64,000 nt of DNA, taken from positions 2,856-66,855 of the forward strand of contig CAZFEY010000001.1 of NCBI GenBank assembly GCA_964518135.1, read 5' to 3'. Positions 44,460 through 55,197 of this stretch are shown in pieces. The notes beneath the pieces were generated by a model. The model searched no databases and was not told the DNA's origin. It worked only from the letters and a program-made list of their open reading frames with translations. Each line of letters opens with the position of its first letter. Positions within the stretch are counted from its first letter, which is position 1. The position numbers and the translations under genes were made by a program. This stretch comes from an uncultured Candidatus Saccharibacteria bacterium (lineage in GTDB: Bacteria; Patescibacteriota; Minisyncoccia; Minisyncoccales; 2-12-FULL-40-12).

Positions 44460-45806
44460 ATGAGCAAAGAAGAGCTTTGGCAAGCTGTTTTGGCCCAAAT
44501 ACAACTAAACATATCTCCTGCCAATTTCAATACGTGGTTTAAAAGCACCTCGATTATTTCCTTGGAAGAGGGACAAGTTACGGTTTCTGTCCCAAGTTTA
44601 TTTGTTAAGGGTTGGTTAGAGCAAAAATACAACAAAACCATATTTAAAATATTGAGAGATCTCAATCCTGAAATCCGAGATGTAAAATACATTGTGGGAA
44701 GTTTTAAGCCAAAAGTCGCAAAAAAAGAATACTCAACCCCTGAAACCAGCGAACAATCTGGTTTTTTTGAGTTAAAAACAAACAAAGAAACAAACCTCAA
44801 CCCTAGATACACCTTTGAAAGTTTTGTGGTGGGATCTTTTAATGAACTATCTCACGCAGCAGCTTTAGCCACGGCGGAAAGCCCGGGTAGTATGTATAAT
44901 CCTCTTTTTATATATGGGGGGGTGGGGCTTGGAAAAACACATCTTTTGCAGGCGACGGGCAACGAGATTACGCAAAAGTTTCCCAACAAAAAAATAAAGT
45001 ATGTTTCTTCTGAAAAATTCACCTCTGAGGTTGTAGCCTCTATGAGAAACAAGACTATGGATAACATTAAGTCGAAATACAGGACGGTTGACGTCTTAAT
45101 TATAGATGATGTTCAGTTTTTATCAGGAAAAGAAAGAACGCAAGAAGAATTTTTTCACACATTTAACCATCTTTACGAAAAAAACAAGCAAATAATATTA
45201 TCTTCTGACAGACCTCCTAAAGCCATCTCGTCTCTTACCGAAAGATTAAGATCTAGGTTTGAAGGGGGTATGATTACTGATATTAGCTACCCAGACCTTG
45301 AAACAAGAATGGCTATTTTAAAACAAAAAGCTCAAGAAAAAAATATTGTCTTGCCAGACGAAATCATCGCCTTAGTGGCAACAAAAATACAAAAAAACAT
45401 CAGAGAATTAGAGGGCGCTCTTAATAGACTTTTGGTTCATTATAAAGTTAACAGCGCGTTTGGGACAGACGACGCAATGGTTGTTTTAAAAAAGACCCTT
45501 ATCGCCCCAACAAGAACCACCACCCCTAAAAAAATAATCCAGGCAGTGGCTGATTTTTACGACATTAAAGAAAAAATACTTTCCACAACATCTCGTAAAA
45601 AAGAAATAGTAAAACCAAGACAAGTAGCGATGTTTTTGTTGCGAGAAGATTTAAAATGTTCCTTCCCTTTTATTGGGCAAAAATTTGGGGGGAAGGATCA
45701 CACAACAGCGATACATTCTTACGAAAAAATTAATAAAGAATTTTTAATAAACAACGACCTAAAAGAGGAAATTGAGTTAATAAGGCAAAACGTATCTAAT
45801 TTATAA
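44460..45806 (+). CDS. dnaA: chromosomal replication initiator protein DnaA
   Basis: AAA+ 'GGVGLGKTHLL', 'LIIDDVQFL', C-terminal DNA-binding domain 'VAMFLLRE...'. Confidence 0.95.
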   Translation: MSKEELWQAVLAQIQLNISPANFNTWFKSTSIISLEEGQVTVSVPSLFVKGWLEQKYNKTIFKILRDLNPEIRDVKYIVGSFKPKVAKKEYSTPETSEQSGFFELKTNKETNLNPRYTFESFVVGSFNELSHAAALATAESPGSMYNPLFIYGGVGLGKTHLLQATGNEITQKFPNKKIKYVSSEKFTSEVVASMRNKTMDNIKSKYRTVDVLIIDDVQFLSGKERTQEEFFHTFNHLYEKNKQIILSSDRPPKAISSLTERLRSRFEGGMITDISYPDLETRMAILKQKAQEKNIVLPDEIIALVATKIQKNIRELEGALNRLLVHYKVNSAFGTDDAMVVLKKTLIAPTRTTTPKKIIQAVADFYDIKEKILSTTSRKKEIVKPRQVAMFLLREDLKCSFPFIGQKFGGKDHTTAIHSYEKINKEFLINNDLKEEIELIRQNVSNL

Positions 45807-45960
45807 TCTGTGTAAAACCAATTATTGACTTGTGGAAAAATAAATAATTTAAAATTAAATTTATTATCCACAAAAAATAAACAACAAAAAACATCAAAAA
45901 AAACAACTTTTAAAGCTTAATAATAATTAAAGATTATTATCCACACAAACAACTATAATA
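45807..45960. promoter_or_regulatory. oriC-type region: two perfect DnaA boxes TTATCCACA (45868-45876, 45941-45949) plus degenerate box, AT-rich
   Basis: Exact consensus 9-mers read in sequence; classical dnaA-dnaN intergenic location. Confidence 0.7.
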
Positions 45961-47097
45961 ATGAAAATAACTATTTTAAAAGAAAAATTACAAGAAGGAC
46001 TCAACGCCATTTCTAGAATTGTCGGAAAAAACACATCATTGCCAATACTTTCTAATGTTTTAATTGAATCAGATAGCAACACAATAATTCTTTCCGCGAC
46101 AGACTTGGAGATTGGTATAAAATATCGAATTCTTTCTCGGGTGGATAAAAAAGGGAAGGTGGCTATTCCCTTGGTAACTTTTCTTGGTGTTGTAGGAGCA
46201 TTGCCCAAAAAACCAATCAATATTGAATCTGAATCTACACTTTTGATTGTTAAGTCTGAAAATTTTGAAATAAACATAAAAGGATTGCCGGTCGAAGATT
46301 TTCCAATTATCCCCAACTTAATAAATGGCGAGACGGTTAATATCTCCGCTAGTGTTTTTTGCGACGCCATATCTTCTGTTTGTGATTTAGCCTCAACGTC
46401 TTCTATTAGGCCAGAAATATCAGGGGTTTTAGTTTCTTTTCTTGGTAAGACGCTAAAAACCGTTGCGACAGACAGCTTTCGCTTAGCAGAAAAAAGCGTT
46501 TCTTGTGGAATTGATCTTGGTAGCCATTCTTTTATTTTGCCACAAAGATCAGCGAAAGAGGTTGTTGGTATTTTTGGGGGGAAGGATAGCGTTGGAGAAT
46601 TAAAAATTACACTTGACCAAAACCAAATATCTATAGAGTCTTTGCCTTCCGGGGCTGACCAATCAACAATATATTTAACCTCAAAAATTATCGACGGAGA
46701 GTACCCTAATTATAAAGAAATTATTCCATCTTCTGGCGAGGCACAAGTTGTGTTGGACAGGGGTGGTTTTTTGGACCAAATTAAACTTGCTTCGTTTTTT
46801 TGCGGCAAAACGGGGGAAGTTAGGTTGGGCATTGACAACAAGCGAGGCGGATTAAGTATCTATAGCCAAAACCAAGAATCGGGAGAACATTCGTCTTTTT
46901 TGCCCGGACAAGTAAAGGGTAAGGGAGATGAGGCCTCTTTTAATTGCAGGTTTTTACTTGATGGGCTTTCAAAAATCAAGAGTTCGGAGGTTGTTTTTGA
47001 GCTAACTAAGCGTAATGGTGATTTGGGCCCAGGAGTTTTAAAACCAATAGGAGATCAGAGTTTTATTTATATTTTAATGCCTCTTAATTTGGGATAG
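45961..47097 (+). CDS. dnaN: DNA polymerase III beta sliding clamp
   Basis: Three-domain beta-clamp pattern, 378 aa, follows dnaA. Confidence 0.9.
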   Translation: MKITILKEKLQEGLNAISRIVGKNTSLPILSNVLIESDSNTIILSATDLEIGIKYRILSRVDKKGKVAIPLVTFLGVVGALPKKPINIESESTLLIVKSENFEINIKGLPVEDFPIIPNLINGETVNISASVFCDAISSVCDLASTSSIRPEISGVLVSFLGKTLKTVATDSFRLAEKSVSCGIDLGSHSFILPQRSAKEVVGIFGGKDSVGELKITLDQNQISIESLPSGADQSTIYLTSKIIDGEYPNYKEIIPSSGEAQVVLDRGGFLDQIKLASFFCGKTGEVRLGIDNKRGGLSIYSQNQESGEHSSFLPGQVKGKGDEASFNCRFLLDGLSKIKSSEVVFELTKRNGDLGPGVLKPIGDQSFIYILMPLNLG

Positions 47098-47098
47098 G

Positions 47099-49012
47099 CT
47101 AAAGAGTTTTTATTATCGCCTTTTCTATAAACGCTCTCCATATTGGCCCGGCAACAATAATGCCTGGCTCTTTTAGCATTGGAGTGTTGTCATTGTTTCC
47201 AACCCAAACACCGGCGACTATAGAAGGTGTGTAGCCGATTATCCACCCGTCTTTATAGTCTTGAGTTGTTCCTGTTTTTGCCGCGACCTGGTAATTTTCA
47301 AAATACATTGGGGATCTCCACCCAAAAACAGGCGCTCTAGCATTGTTATCTGATAAGATCGATGTAATAAGTCGTGTTATTTTTGAATCCAAAACTCTTT
47401 TTGGAGTGTTAATATTCTCTTCTATTGTATTATCATCTGAATCTAGTATTTTTATCACTGCCATTGGTGGCAACCTGAGGCCATCAGTAGAGAATACTCC
47501 ATAAACCGAGACCATATCTAAAAGCTTCACACTTCCACCCCCTAATACAAGTGGTAGCCCGTAAAATGTTGATGGTTCGGTAAGACTTGTTATGCCAAGT
47601 CTTTGGGCCATTTGGATGCTGTATTCTAGGCCTGCCAAATTCGCTAAAACCTTAACTGAAGGAATATTAAGCGATTGTGCTAGGGCTTGTCTTAAAGTTA
47701 CTGGCCCACGAAAAAAACCGTCATAATTTTGTGGCGTATATGGATTAGACAATGTGCCAAAATTTGTGAACTCATCAACTACAACCGTTTCGTCGTTATA
47801 TCCTTTTTCAAATGCAGCGGCGTAAACTATCGGCTTAAAAGATGATCCCGGTTGACGAACACGGATAGACACATTAGGATGTGGTTCAAAAAAACAGTTC
47901 TTTCCAGGAGAGCATCCTTTCGGCAATGACTCACCAAAGTAATCAACAGACCCAACCATCGCCATTATCTCTCCGGTCTTAGGATCTATCGCGACCAAAC
48001 TAGCATTAAAAGCTCGATAATAGCTTCTATTAGCTATAATTCCTTCTTTAACAGCCTGCTCAGCCGCTTTCTGTAGGTCCCAATCCAGGGAGGTATATAC
48101 TTTTAGCCCTTTTTCTTGTAAAAATTGTTCCCCATATTTATTCTCAAGATATTCTTTAACATACATCACAAAATGTGGCGCTTGAATAAGTTGCGATGGT
48201 TTTGCAAAAGCTATTTCAGTGTTTTTGGCTTTTTGCCATTCTTCCTCTAGGATAAATTGCGCTGTCTTCATCCGATCCAAGATACTGTCTTTTCTTTGCA
48301 ATAATTCTTCCTTGTGTTCGCCATAGGGAGATAGAAAGCTGGGAGCCTTAATAATGGCGGCCAAAACCGCTGCCTCTTCGAGAGACGCCTCGGATACCGG
48401 TTTTTTAAAATAAGTTAACGATGCCGCTTGGACTCCGTAAGTATTTGATCCAAATGGTACCTGGTTGAGATAGAATTCCAATATTTCTTCTTTTGAGTAT
48501 TGTCTTTCTAGCTCTATGGTTAGTATCAGCTCTCTTATTTTTCTTCCGATTGTTTTCTCTCTAGTTAACAAAGAAGAGCGAATAAGTTGTTGAGATATAG
48601 TTGATGCTCCTTGGGTTGGGCTCAATAGCCTCAAATTTGTTAAAATCGCCCTCGTAACGCCTTTAAAATCCACACCAGCATGTTTGTAAAAATTAATATC
48701 TTCAGCCGCGAGTACTGCCTTAATAACATTTTCGGGAACTCTGTCTATCGGGATGATTTCTCTTTTTTCTTCTCCATACATTTCATATAATAATACCTCT
48801 CCTGTTTTGTCGTAAATTTTCGTAGATTCGGTAAATGGTCTTTCGGTGAATTTTTCAGGTCTGGGCAAGTCTTTTGCATAATACACAAACAAAGACAAAA
48901 CAATTAAAGCAAAAAACAAAAAACAAAGCCCCACAAGGCCCAAAACCGATAAAAAGAGACCTAACTTGGTACTCTTTTTAAATATTTGACGATGAAACCT
49001 CCTTCTTGGCAT
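47099..49012 (-). CDS. class A penicillin-binding protein (glycosyltransferase GT51 + transpeptidase)
   Basis: GT51 'EDINFYKHAGVDFKGV...GASTISQQL', TP 'SSFKP' and 'KTGTT'. Confidence 0.9.
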   Translation of the reverse strand: MPRRRFHRQIFKKSTKLGLFLSVLGLVGLCFLFFALIVLSLFVYYAKDLPRPEKFTERPFTESTKIYDKTGEVLLYEMYGEEKREIIPIDRVPENVIKAVLAAEDINFYKHAGVDFKGVTRAILTNLRLLSPTQGASTISQQLIRSSLLTREKTIGRKIRELILTIELERQYSKEEILEFYLNQVPFGSNTYGVQAASLTYFKKPVSEASLEEAAVLAAIIKAPSFLSPYGEHKEELLQRKDSILDRMKTAQFILEEEWQKAKNTEIAFAKPSQLIQAPHFVMYVKEYLENKYGEQFLQEKGLKVYTSLDWDLQKAAEQAVKEGIIANRSYYRAFNASLVAIDPKTGEIMAMVGSVDYFGESLPKGCSPGKNCFFEPHPNVSIRVRQPGSSFKPIVYAAAFEKGYNDETVVVDEFTNFGTLSNPYTPQNYDGFFRGPVTLRQALAQSLNIPSVKVLANLAGLEYSIQMAQRLGITSLTEPSTFYGLPLVLGGGSVKLLDMVSVYGVFSTDGLRLPPMAVIKILDSDDNTIEENINTPKRVLDSKITRLITSILSDNNARAPVFGWRSPMYFENYQVAAKTGTTQDYKDGWIIGYTPSIVAGVWVGNNDNTPMLKEPGIIVAGPIWRAFIEKAIIKTL

Positions 49013-49076
49013 TATAAAAATAATACTAGATTAAAAGCCGATTTGCAACCAAGCTCTTGTTTGTTATGATTAAAAA

Positions 49077-50285
49077 ATGAATAGTTCCAAAGACCGAAAA
49101 ATTAAAAATATTTTAACAAGGGGCGTGGAAAAGATCTACCCTAATAGCGCTGCTCTAGAGGCGGTTTTGAGATCTAGTAAGAAAATCCGGCTTTACAATG
49201 GAATTGACCCGACTGGTCATTTGCACTTAGGCCACTTATCTGTTTTGAAAAAATTACGCCAATTTCAGGATTTAGGTCATGAGGTTATTGTTTTGATAGG
49301 TGATTTCACCGCGACAATTGGTGATCCTACCGATAAATATGCGGCCAGAAAGCCTCTAACTAGGAAACAAGCACTGGAAAATGCCAAAAATTATAAAATC
49401 CAAATTGGTAAAGTCCTAGATTTTAAAAAACCCAACGTCAGATTTTTGCATAATGCAAAATGGATTAATAAATTAAAACCAAACGATTTGCTTAAAATAT
49501 TTTCCCAGTTTACTGTGGCTCGGCTCTTGGAAAGAGATATGTTTCAAAAGAGAATAAGTGAGGGCAGAGATATTTTATTGCATGAATTTGTGTATCCGGT
49601 TTTTCAGGCTTATGACGGCTTGGTTATGAGCGTGGATTTAGAGATTGGCGGTAACGACCAAACCTTTAATATGCTTCGCGGCAGAGATTTAATGAAAAAA
49701 ATCAAAAACAAGGAAAAATTTATAATGGCCTTAAAATTACTAACCGATTCTACTGGCAAAAAAATGGGCAAAACCGATGGTAACTTTGTGTCTTTGTCTG
49801 AAGGCCCAGAAGAGATATTTGGTAAAATTATGGCTTGGCCAGATTCTTTATTGGCAAGCGGCCTTGAGCTTTTAACAGATATTTTTCAAGAAGAGATAGA
49901 AAAAATCCTAACCAACCCTAAAAAAGCAAAGGTTTTATTGGCAAAAGAGATTGTCCGAATTTGTCATAGCGACAAAGAGGCAAATTTGGCCGAAAAAGAG
50001 TTTAAAAGGGTTTTTGAAGACAAGCAGGTTCCTTTCAAAGTGCCAGAAGTTAGAATTGCCCAAAATACACTTTCAATCCTAGATTTATTGGTAAAAATCA
50101 AACTAGCCTCATCAAAATCAGAAGCGAAGAGATTGATTTTACAAGGAGGGGTAAAAATAGACGGAGTTTTACAAAAAGACTGGAAAGAAATAATTGAAAC
50201 AAAAAAAGCCGCCGGAGGCGAGTCTCGTAATAAGCGGGGACAAATTGTCCAAGTTGGCAAGAGAAAGTTTGCAAAAATAATTTAA
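49077..50285 (+). CDS. tyrS: tyrosyl-tRNA synthetase
   Basis: HIGH 'HLGHL', KMSKS 'KMGKT', C-terminal S4-like domain. Confidence 0.85.
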   Translation: MNSSKDRKIKNILTRGVEKIYPNSAALEAVLRSSKKIRLYNGIDPTGHLHLGHLSVLKKLRQFQDLGHEVIVLIGDFTATIGDPTDKYAARKPLTRKQALENAKNYKIQIGKVLDFKKPNVRFLHNAKWINKLKPNDLLKIFSQFTVARLLERDMFQKRISEGRDILLHEFVYPVFQAYDGLVMSVDLEIGGNDQTFNMLRGRDLMKKIKNKEKFIMALKLLTDSTGKKMGKTDGNFVSLSEGPEEIFGKIMAWPDSLLASGLELLTDIFQEEIEKILTNPKKAKVLLAKEIVRICHSDKEANLAEKEFKRVFEDKQVPFKVPEVRIAQNTLSILDLLVKIKLASSKSEAKRLILQGGVKIDGVLQKDWKEIIETKKAAGGESRNKRGQIVQVGKRKFAKII

Positions 50286-50767
50286 GCTTCTTTTATTGCA
50301 TAAGTTAGAGCTACGGCTAAGGCGTCGGCAACGTCATCTGTTCGAAGCTGTTCTTTTCTGGGATTGAGCAGTTTTTTTATTTTTTTTTGGATTTCTTTCT
50401 TTTCAGCCCTTCCGAATCCAGTCATGGTCATTTTGACTTGTAGAGGTGTGAAGCTGAAAACAGGAATTTTATTTTTAGCCGCTGTTAATAATATTACGCC
50501 ACTTGCTTGGCTTACCGGTATAGCGGTTTTTAAGTTTTTGAAAAAATAAATATTTTCTATGGCCATAACGTTTGGTTTGTGTCTTTTAATCAGTCTGCTA
50601 AGGTCGTTATTTATTTTTTTTAATCTGTCTGGTCTCTCTAATTTTGGGGTGGTTGTAATAAGCCCACACTCTAAACATTTAAAAGGCAATTTATTGTTGC
50701 CTTTATTGTGCTTTACTACGCCATATCCGATACTTGCTAGTCCCGGATCGATTCCCAGAATAATCAT
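50282..50767 (-). CDS. ruvC: Holliday junction resolvase RuvC
   Basis: 'ILGIDPGLASIGYGVV' RuvC N-terminal catalytic motif. Confidence 0.9.
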   Translation of the reverse strand: MIILGIDPGLASIGYGVVKHNKGNNKLPFKCLECGLITTTPKLERPDRLKKINNDLSRLIKRHKPNVMAIENIYFFKNLKTAIPVSQASGVILLTAAKNKIPVFSFTPLQVKMTMTGFGRAEKKEIQKKIKKLLNPRKEQLRTDDVADALAVALTYAIKEA

Positions 50768-50769
50768 AA

Positions 50770-51504
50770 TTAATTTTTAAGATTGGAGTACACCTCTTGG
50801 ACCGAATCTAGTTCATCTAAACCTTCAAAAAGCTTTTGGCAAGCGTTTTTCTTTTCTGGGTCTATGTCGATTTCTTCTTTAGCTACCCAATCGAGAGACA
50901 TGGAATTTGTTTTTATTCCTTGGCTTTCGAGTTTATTCTTTACCTGGTTTAACTCCTCGGGATTTGTATATACATAAAACTCATCATCGTTCTGCTTAAA
51001 ATCTTGAGCCCCAGATTCTATCGCTGCTATTTCCAACTTTTCTTTATCTTGAAAATCTTTTTCTTGTTCTTCGACGCTTAAAACAATACAACCTTTCTTT
51101 TCAAACATCCACCTTACAGCGCCCTCGCTTGCTAATTTGGAATTATTCTGGTTAATAACCTGTTTAATCTCTCCCAATGACCGGTTTTTGTTATCGGTTA
51201 TACCTTCAATAATGACAGCAATCCCCCCTGGCCCGAAAAGTTCAAAAGTCATCGCTTCTAGTTGTTCTCCAGCCAACTCTCCCGTGCCTTTCTTGATTGC
51301 CCTTTCGATATTGTCTTTGGGCATATTACATTCCTTAGCTTTTTCAATAGCCAGTCTCAATCCCGCATTAGTTATGGGGTCTCCCCCTCTTTCTTTTGCT
51401 GCGATAGATATGGCCTTGGAGAGTTTAGAAAAAATCTTGCCGCGCTTATTGTCGGCAATCTCTTTTTTGTATTTAATTGTTTTAAAATGCGAATGACCAG
51501 ACAT
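50770..51504 (-). CDS. yebC: YebC/PmpR family transcriptional regulator
   Basis: 'MSGHSHFKTIKYKKEIADNKRGKIFSKL' characteristic N-terminus. Confidence 0.9.
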   Translation of the reverse strand: MSGHSHFKTIKYKKEIADNKRGKIFSKLSKAISIAAKERGGDPITNAGLRLAIEKAKECNMPKDNIERAIKKGTGELAGEQLEAMTFELFGPGGIAVIIEGITDNKNRSLGEIKQVINQNNSKLASEGAVRWMFEKKGCIVLSVEEQEKDFQDKEKLEIAAIESGAQDFKQNDDEFYVYTNPEELNQVKNKLESQGIKTNSMSLDWVAKEEIDIDPEKKNACQKLFEGLDELDSVQEVYSNLKN

Positions 51505-51556
51505 GTTGCAGGCTTATTCTATTGCAATTACAAGAATAAAACAAGCATTATTTAAT

Positions 51557-52798
51557 TCAAGAATCCTTTTGAGGCGCGGATCTGCTTAAGATTAGTATTA
51601 TAATGCTGGAGATAATCGCTATAATTAGGGCGATAATTGCAGTAGAGAATATACCCCCATTGTTGAAAAACAGAGAACCAACAGTTGCGAGACTAGCTTG
51701 GTTATTGTCCGTATTTCTTACCGTCGATTTTTCGTTCGTGTCGTTTTTTACCACGCTGTCGGTATTAGTTTTTCCAGGGGTTAAATCTTGGCTCCACGCC
51801 CAATCATCGCTAAAACGATTGAACGATTTTCCCTTGGGAGCCGATAAATACTCAACTTTATCAACGGCTGTGCTATTGGGAGAAAACAAAATTAACCCAT
51901 CAGAATCGTTGTTAAGAGTAATTTTTGTTTGTGATTTTGGTAATAACAGAAATTCTTGGGCTGGGATAATGGCTCCTGTTGGTATTTTGTATTTGATAAT
52001 TTTGCCCTCTATGTCTTGGATCAGCCAGCCAGACACATTTGCGTCAAAAACATTTTGATTAAAAAGTTCAATCCATTCTTCCTGTTGAGTAGACGAATCG
52101 GGGGCCGGTAAAAATTCGTTGATTATAATACCGTTTTCTGTATTACTTCCCGCCACCACTTCGTTATCGAGATTAATACTTAATTCTGTTTTGATTTGTA
52201 AGTTCTCGATCACGCCGCTGCTGTTTTGTATTTTTGGCGTGCCCCCAGGGCTTTGGCTGGTTTGCCAATTAACGCCATCGGAACCTGCCATAAGCGGGCT
52301 TTTTCGCTCCATTGTTTGTTTTGTAGAATTGTCTCCCATAAGCCACTCGCCAGAGCCATTGATCTCATCAACAATTGCCTCCGAAGCGTCCTGTAATTGC
52401 AGATACTCGCCATTATTACTTAAGGATCCGGTATATATTTGGTCCGCGACAATACCAATAACGGAATTGTCATCTGTTCTTTCGAGCAAGAAGTATCCGT
52501 TTGCCGGGATAACTCCAGAAAGCTTGATGAGCGGGGTTTTGTCTGTTGATTTTAATATCCAACCCGTAATATCAATATTGGAGGAGGTATTATTATAAAG
52601 CTCTATCCATTCGTCATTTGCCGATGTGGTTGTGCCCATCCATGCTATTTCATTGATAACAACGCTTGTAGTGGCAAGAATTGGCATTGGCAACACAACA
52701 AGACACATTGCCCCAAAAAATAATTTTACATACTTTGCATTCATTTTTGCGTATTGTATCAGAAAGGGTTGGGTTGGGCGAGAATCTGGTTTAACCAC
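51557..52798 (-). CDS. secreted protein with two lamin-tail domains and C-terminal TM anchor
   Basis: 'VVINEIAWMGTTTSANDEWIELYN' and 'IIINEFLPAPDS...EEWIELFN' LTD signatures; hydrophobic C-terminus. Confidence 0.7.
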   Translation of the reverse strand: MVKPDSRPTQPFLIQYAKMNAKYVKLFFGAMCLVVLPMPILATTSVVINEIAWMGTTTSANDEWIELYNNTSSNIDITGWILKSTDKTPLIKLSGVIPANGYFLLERTDDNSVIGIVADQIYTGSLSNNGEYLQLQDASEAIVDEINGSGEWLMGDNSTKQTMERKSPLMAGSDGVNWQTSQSPGGTPKIQNSSGVIENLQIKTELSINLDNEVVAGSNTENGIIINEFLPAPDSSTQQEEWIELFNQNVFDANVSGWLIQDIEGKIIKYKIPTGAIIPAQEFLLLPKSQTKITLNNDSDGLILFSPNSTAVDKVEYLSAPKGKSFNRFSDDWAWSQDLTPGKTNTDSVVKNDTNEKSTVRNTDNNQASLATVGSLFFNNGGIFSTAIIALIIAIISSIIILILSRSAPQKDS

Positions 52799-53122
52799 TC
52801 TCCCTTGTTTTTATCTTGAAAATAGAATAGCATTGAAAGATATTGGGTTTAGAAACTGGAAAAATGATGTTATGGGAAATAAAAAACTACCAAAAAGCGT
52901 AAAGATATATATCAGAAAAGAAAAAGCGCGTATCCGCCGTGAAATTTTTGATACACAAAAACAAAAAGAGTTGATAAAAAAGATTTATCAGGACTTGCAA
53001 TCAGTAGGGTCCGCAAAAGGACACAGTATCTCTAATTAGAGGTTCGAATCCGTTTAGTTACCTCTTCAGTGAATTTAGGGCAAGGTCTGACAATGCTTGT
53101 CAAAATCTAAGATATCAAATAA

Positions 53123-53146
53123 TCGCCTTCTGGGCGGTTTTTTGGT
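53123..53146 (+). terminator. Rho-independent terminator (cgcc-ttct-ggcg + TTTTTT)
   Basis: Read directly. Confidence 0.55.
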
Positions 53147-53159
53147 AAATTAGAATAAT

Positions 53160-54065
53160 ATGCCATTTATTACTCAAGGTAAAACTAACTGGAAATTTAT
53201 TTTAGTCGTAGTTGCGTTGGCTTTGGTTGCCGCTGGTGGGATTCTAGTTCATCAGAATCAATGGTCTCGAGAAAAATACGTGAACATATCCAACGTTACT
53301 ACGAATTGCGCTAACGAAGGTGAGCGGGTCAGGGTTGATGGACAAGGTTTTCCTGCAATTTGCTGTTTGAATTTAAAGCCTATGTACGGTTCTGACAGAG
53401 AGGACTGTGCCTTACCAGATATGCCTGGCGATATCGGGGTTTGTAGTAATTGCGGTGATGGCGTTTGCGAACCACAGAATAATGAAAATAAATGTAATTG
53501 CTCGCAGGATTGTTCAGGCATCGAAACAATTAATTGGAAAACTTATAAAAACGAAGAATTTGAATTTGAGTTTAATTATCCAAATGATTGGATGAAAACA
53601 GGAGAGCCTTGCGATTGGCGGCCGTTTTGTCTCTATGTCATTGCTTATAACAAATTACCAGACGAGAGCGAAGAAGGTATTTGTCTTGGAGGAATCGATA
53701 TATGTTACAAGAAAGGATTTGATAGTTATAAAAATGCTTTTTCAGAGAGCCGCCTACCACCTAATTATTCCAAAGACAGTTTAATGAAATTCATTAATAT
53801 TGACGGAAAGAATGCAGGCCAATTAATCAGTTACGATGTTCACGGAGGCGATTATGTAATTGAAACACTACTTTTTACTGACGATGTTCGTATTCAGCTT
53901 TCACTTGTGTTACCCGTTGAACCATATAAGCCTCTTCCTGATAACCTTGAGAAGAACCAGGACAGAGAGAAAGATTTGAACAGAGGCATATTTCCCGACG
54001 AAGAAACAAAGGAAATGGTGTTAATATATAATCAGATGTTAAAGAGTTTTCGATTCTTACCTTAG
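53160..54065 (+). CDS. secreted Cys-rich hypothetical protein
   Basis: N-terminal TM/signal anchor; Cys cluster 'CSNCGDGVCEPQNNENKCNCSQDCSG'. Confidence 0.55.
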   Translation: MPFITQGKTNWKFILVVVALALVAAGGILVHQNQWSREKYVNISNVTTNCANEGERVRVDGQGFPAICCLNLKPMYGSDREDCALPDMPGDIGVCSNCGDGVCEPQNNENKCNCSQDCSGIETINWKTYKNEEFEFEFNYPNDWMKTGEPCDWRPFCLYVIAYNKLPDESEEGICLGGIDICYKKGFDSYKNAFSESRLPPNYSKDSLMKFINIDGKNAGQLISYDVHGGDYVIETLLFTDDVRIQLSLVLPVEPYKPLPDNLEKNQDREKDLNRGIFPDEETKEMVLIYNQMLKSFRFLP

Positions 54066-54172
54066 AAACAGGTTCTAATATTATCCGATATCCGCAGTAT
54101 GTTGAAATTAATTAAAATAATTGGTCGCTCTTGTCGAGCAACCAATTGTTTATGTGTTGTTTTTCCAGTCTA

Positions 54173-54496
54173 TCATTTTCTGGTTTGGTTTGGCCTGTAG
54201 CCTTCTTTTTTCCATCCCATCATTTCTTCGAACATGGGATCTTTTTCAGTGGCTGAAGGTTTTTTGGCCGGAGATTGGCCTGGTGGTTGTTTAGGCTTAT
54301 TTTCGCCTTTTTTGAAATTCTCGCTGACAGAAAGTCTTGCGCCGTAATCCGATGGCAAATCGGATGTTGGAGTGGTGGTTGGCGGTTTGGGTACCGCATC
54401 TTTCTTGTGCGGATCGTGCATAGATGGTCCTCTATTGGCTATTTTTGCCACAACAATAATAGCTACTATTATTGCGCCTATGATTAACCATGTCAT
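54173..54496 (-). CDS. small Pro/Lys-rich membrane protein
   Basis: Single N-terminal TM. Confidence 0.45.
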   Translation of the reverse strand: MTWLIIGAIIVAIIVVAKIANRGPSMHDPHKKDAVPKPPTTTPTSDLPSDYGARLSVSENFKKGENKPKQPPGQSPAKKPSATEKDPMFEEMMGWKKEGYRPNQTRK

Positions 54497-54887
54497 AGCG
54501 GGTCTCCTTTTTTTTGCGTACTTTGGACTATGGTGAGCTGATTTTATTTATACCTTAGAGAGATTTTTTGTCAATTAAAGGGTTTGACAAGGTACTAGAT
54601 TTTGATAAATTTAGATTGAGGGGGGTGCGGCATTGATTGCCTAAGGGCGCGGAATTTAATAAAGGAGGATAGAAAAGACGCGTCGCCAGCGATGCCCAAG
54701 CTGACAAGCTTATTCTAGTCGATTTTATTAAGTCCGATCTCCCCTTACCAAAGAAGAGATTTTTCGCTAGTTGGAAGAGGTTAAAAGACCTCTTTTTTGG
54801 TTGGCGAGAATGTATTATAATAAAATAAAGGTCGCACTTTTATTTTCTAGCACTGGGAGAAAGCATTTATTTGTATTTTTTACCTTT

Positions 54888-55157
54888 ATGGACAAAGAGA
54901 ATCTTCCAAAAGAAAAGGACTTGATCGGGAAAATAACGCACTATTTTGACCATATAGGGGTAGCGGTTATTGAACTTTCAAACCCTCTTAATGTTGGAGA
55001 TAACGTAAGAGTGGTTGGTGGCGAGACCGACTTTACCCAACAAATAGAATCCATAGAGCATGACCATAAAAAGATTGATAAGGCCATGCCTGGCGATTCT
55101 ATCGGTATTGCGATCGGTCAGAAGGTTAGAGATGGGTATAGAGTTTACAGGGTATAA
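54888..55157 (+). CDS. small beta-barrel hypothetical protein (EF-Tu domain-2-like pattern)
   Basis: 'GKITHYFDHIGVAVIELSNPLNVGDNVRVVGG...GDSIGIAIG' resembles translation-factor beta-barrel; start at MDKEN. Confidence 0.3.
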   Translation: MDKENLPKEKDLIGKITHYFDHIGVAVIELSNPLNVGDNVRVVGGETDFTQQIESIEHDHKKIDKAMPGDSIGIAIGQKVRDGYRVYRV

Positions 55158-55197
55158 AGATTTTAAATTCTAATAAATTTTAACTTCCCCATTTTTT

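Noticed and set aside
52626-53039. 137-aa ORF; possible 54-aa Lys/Arg-rich small protein (MGNKKLPKSVKIYIRKEK...)
   Set aside because: The long form overlaps the end of the lamin-tail protein gene. The short form has no recognisable family and a weak start context, so it was not called.
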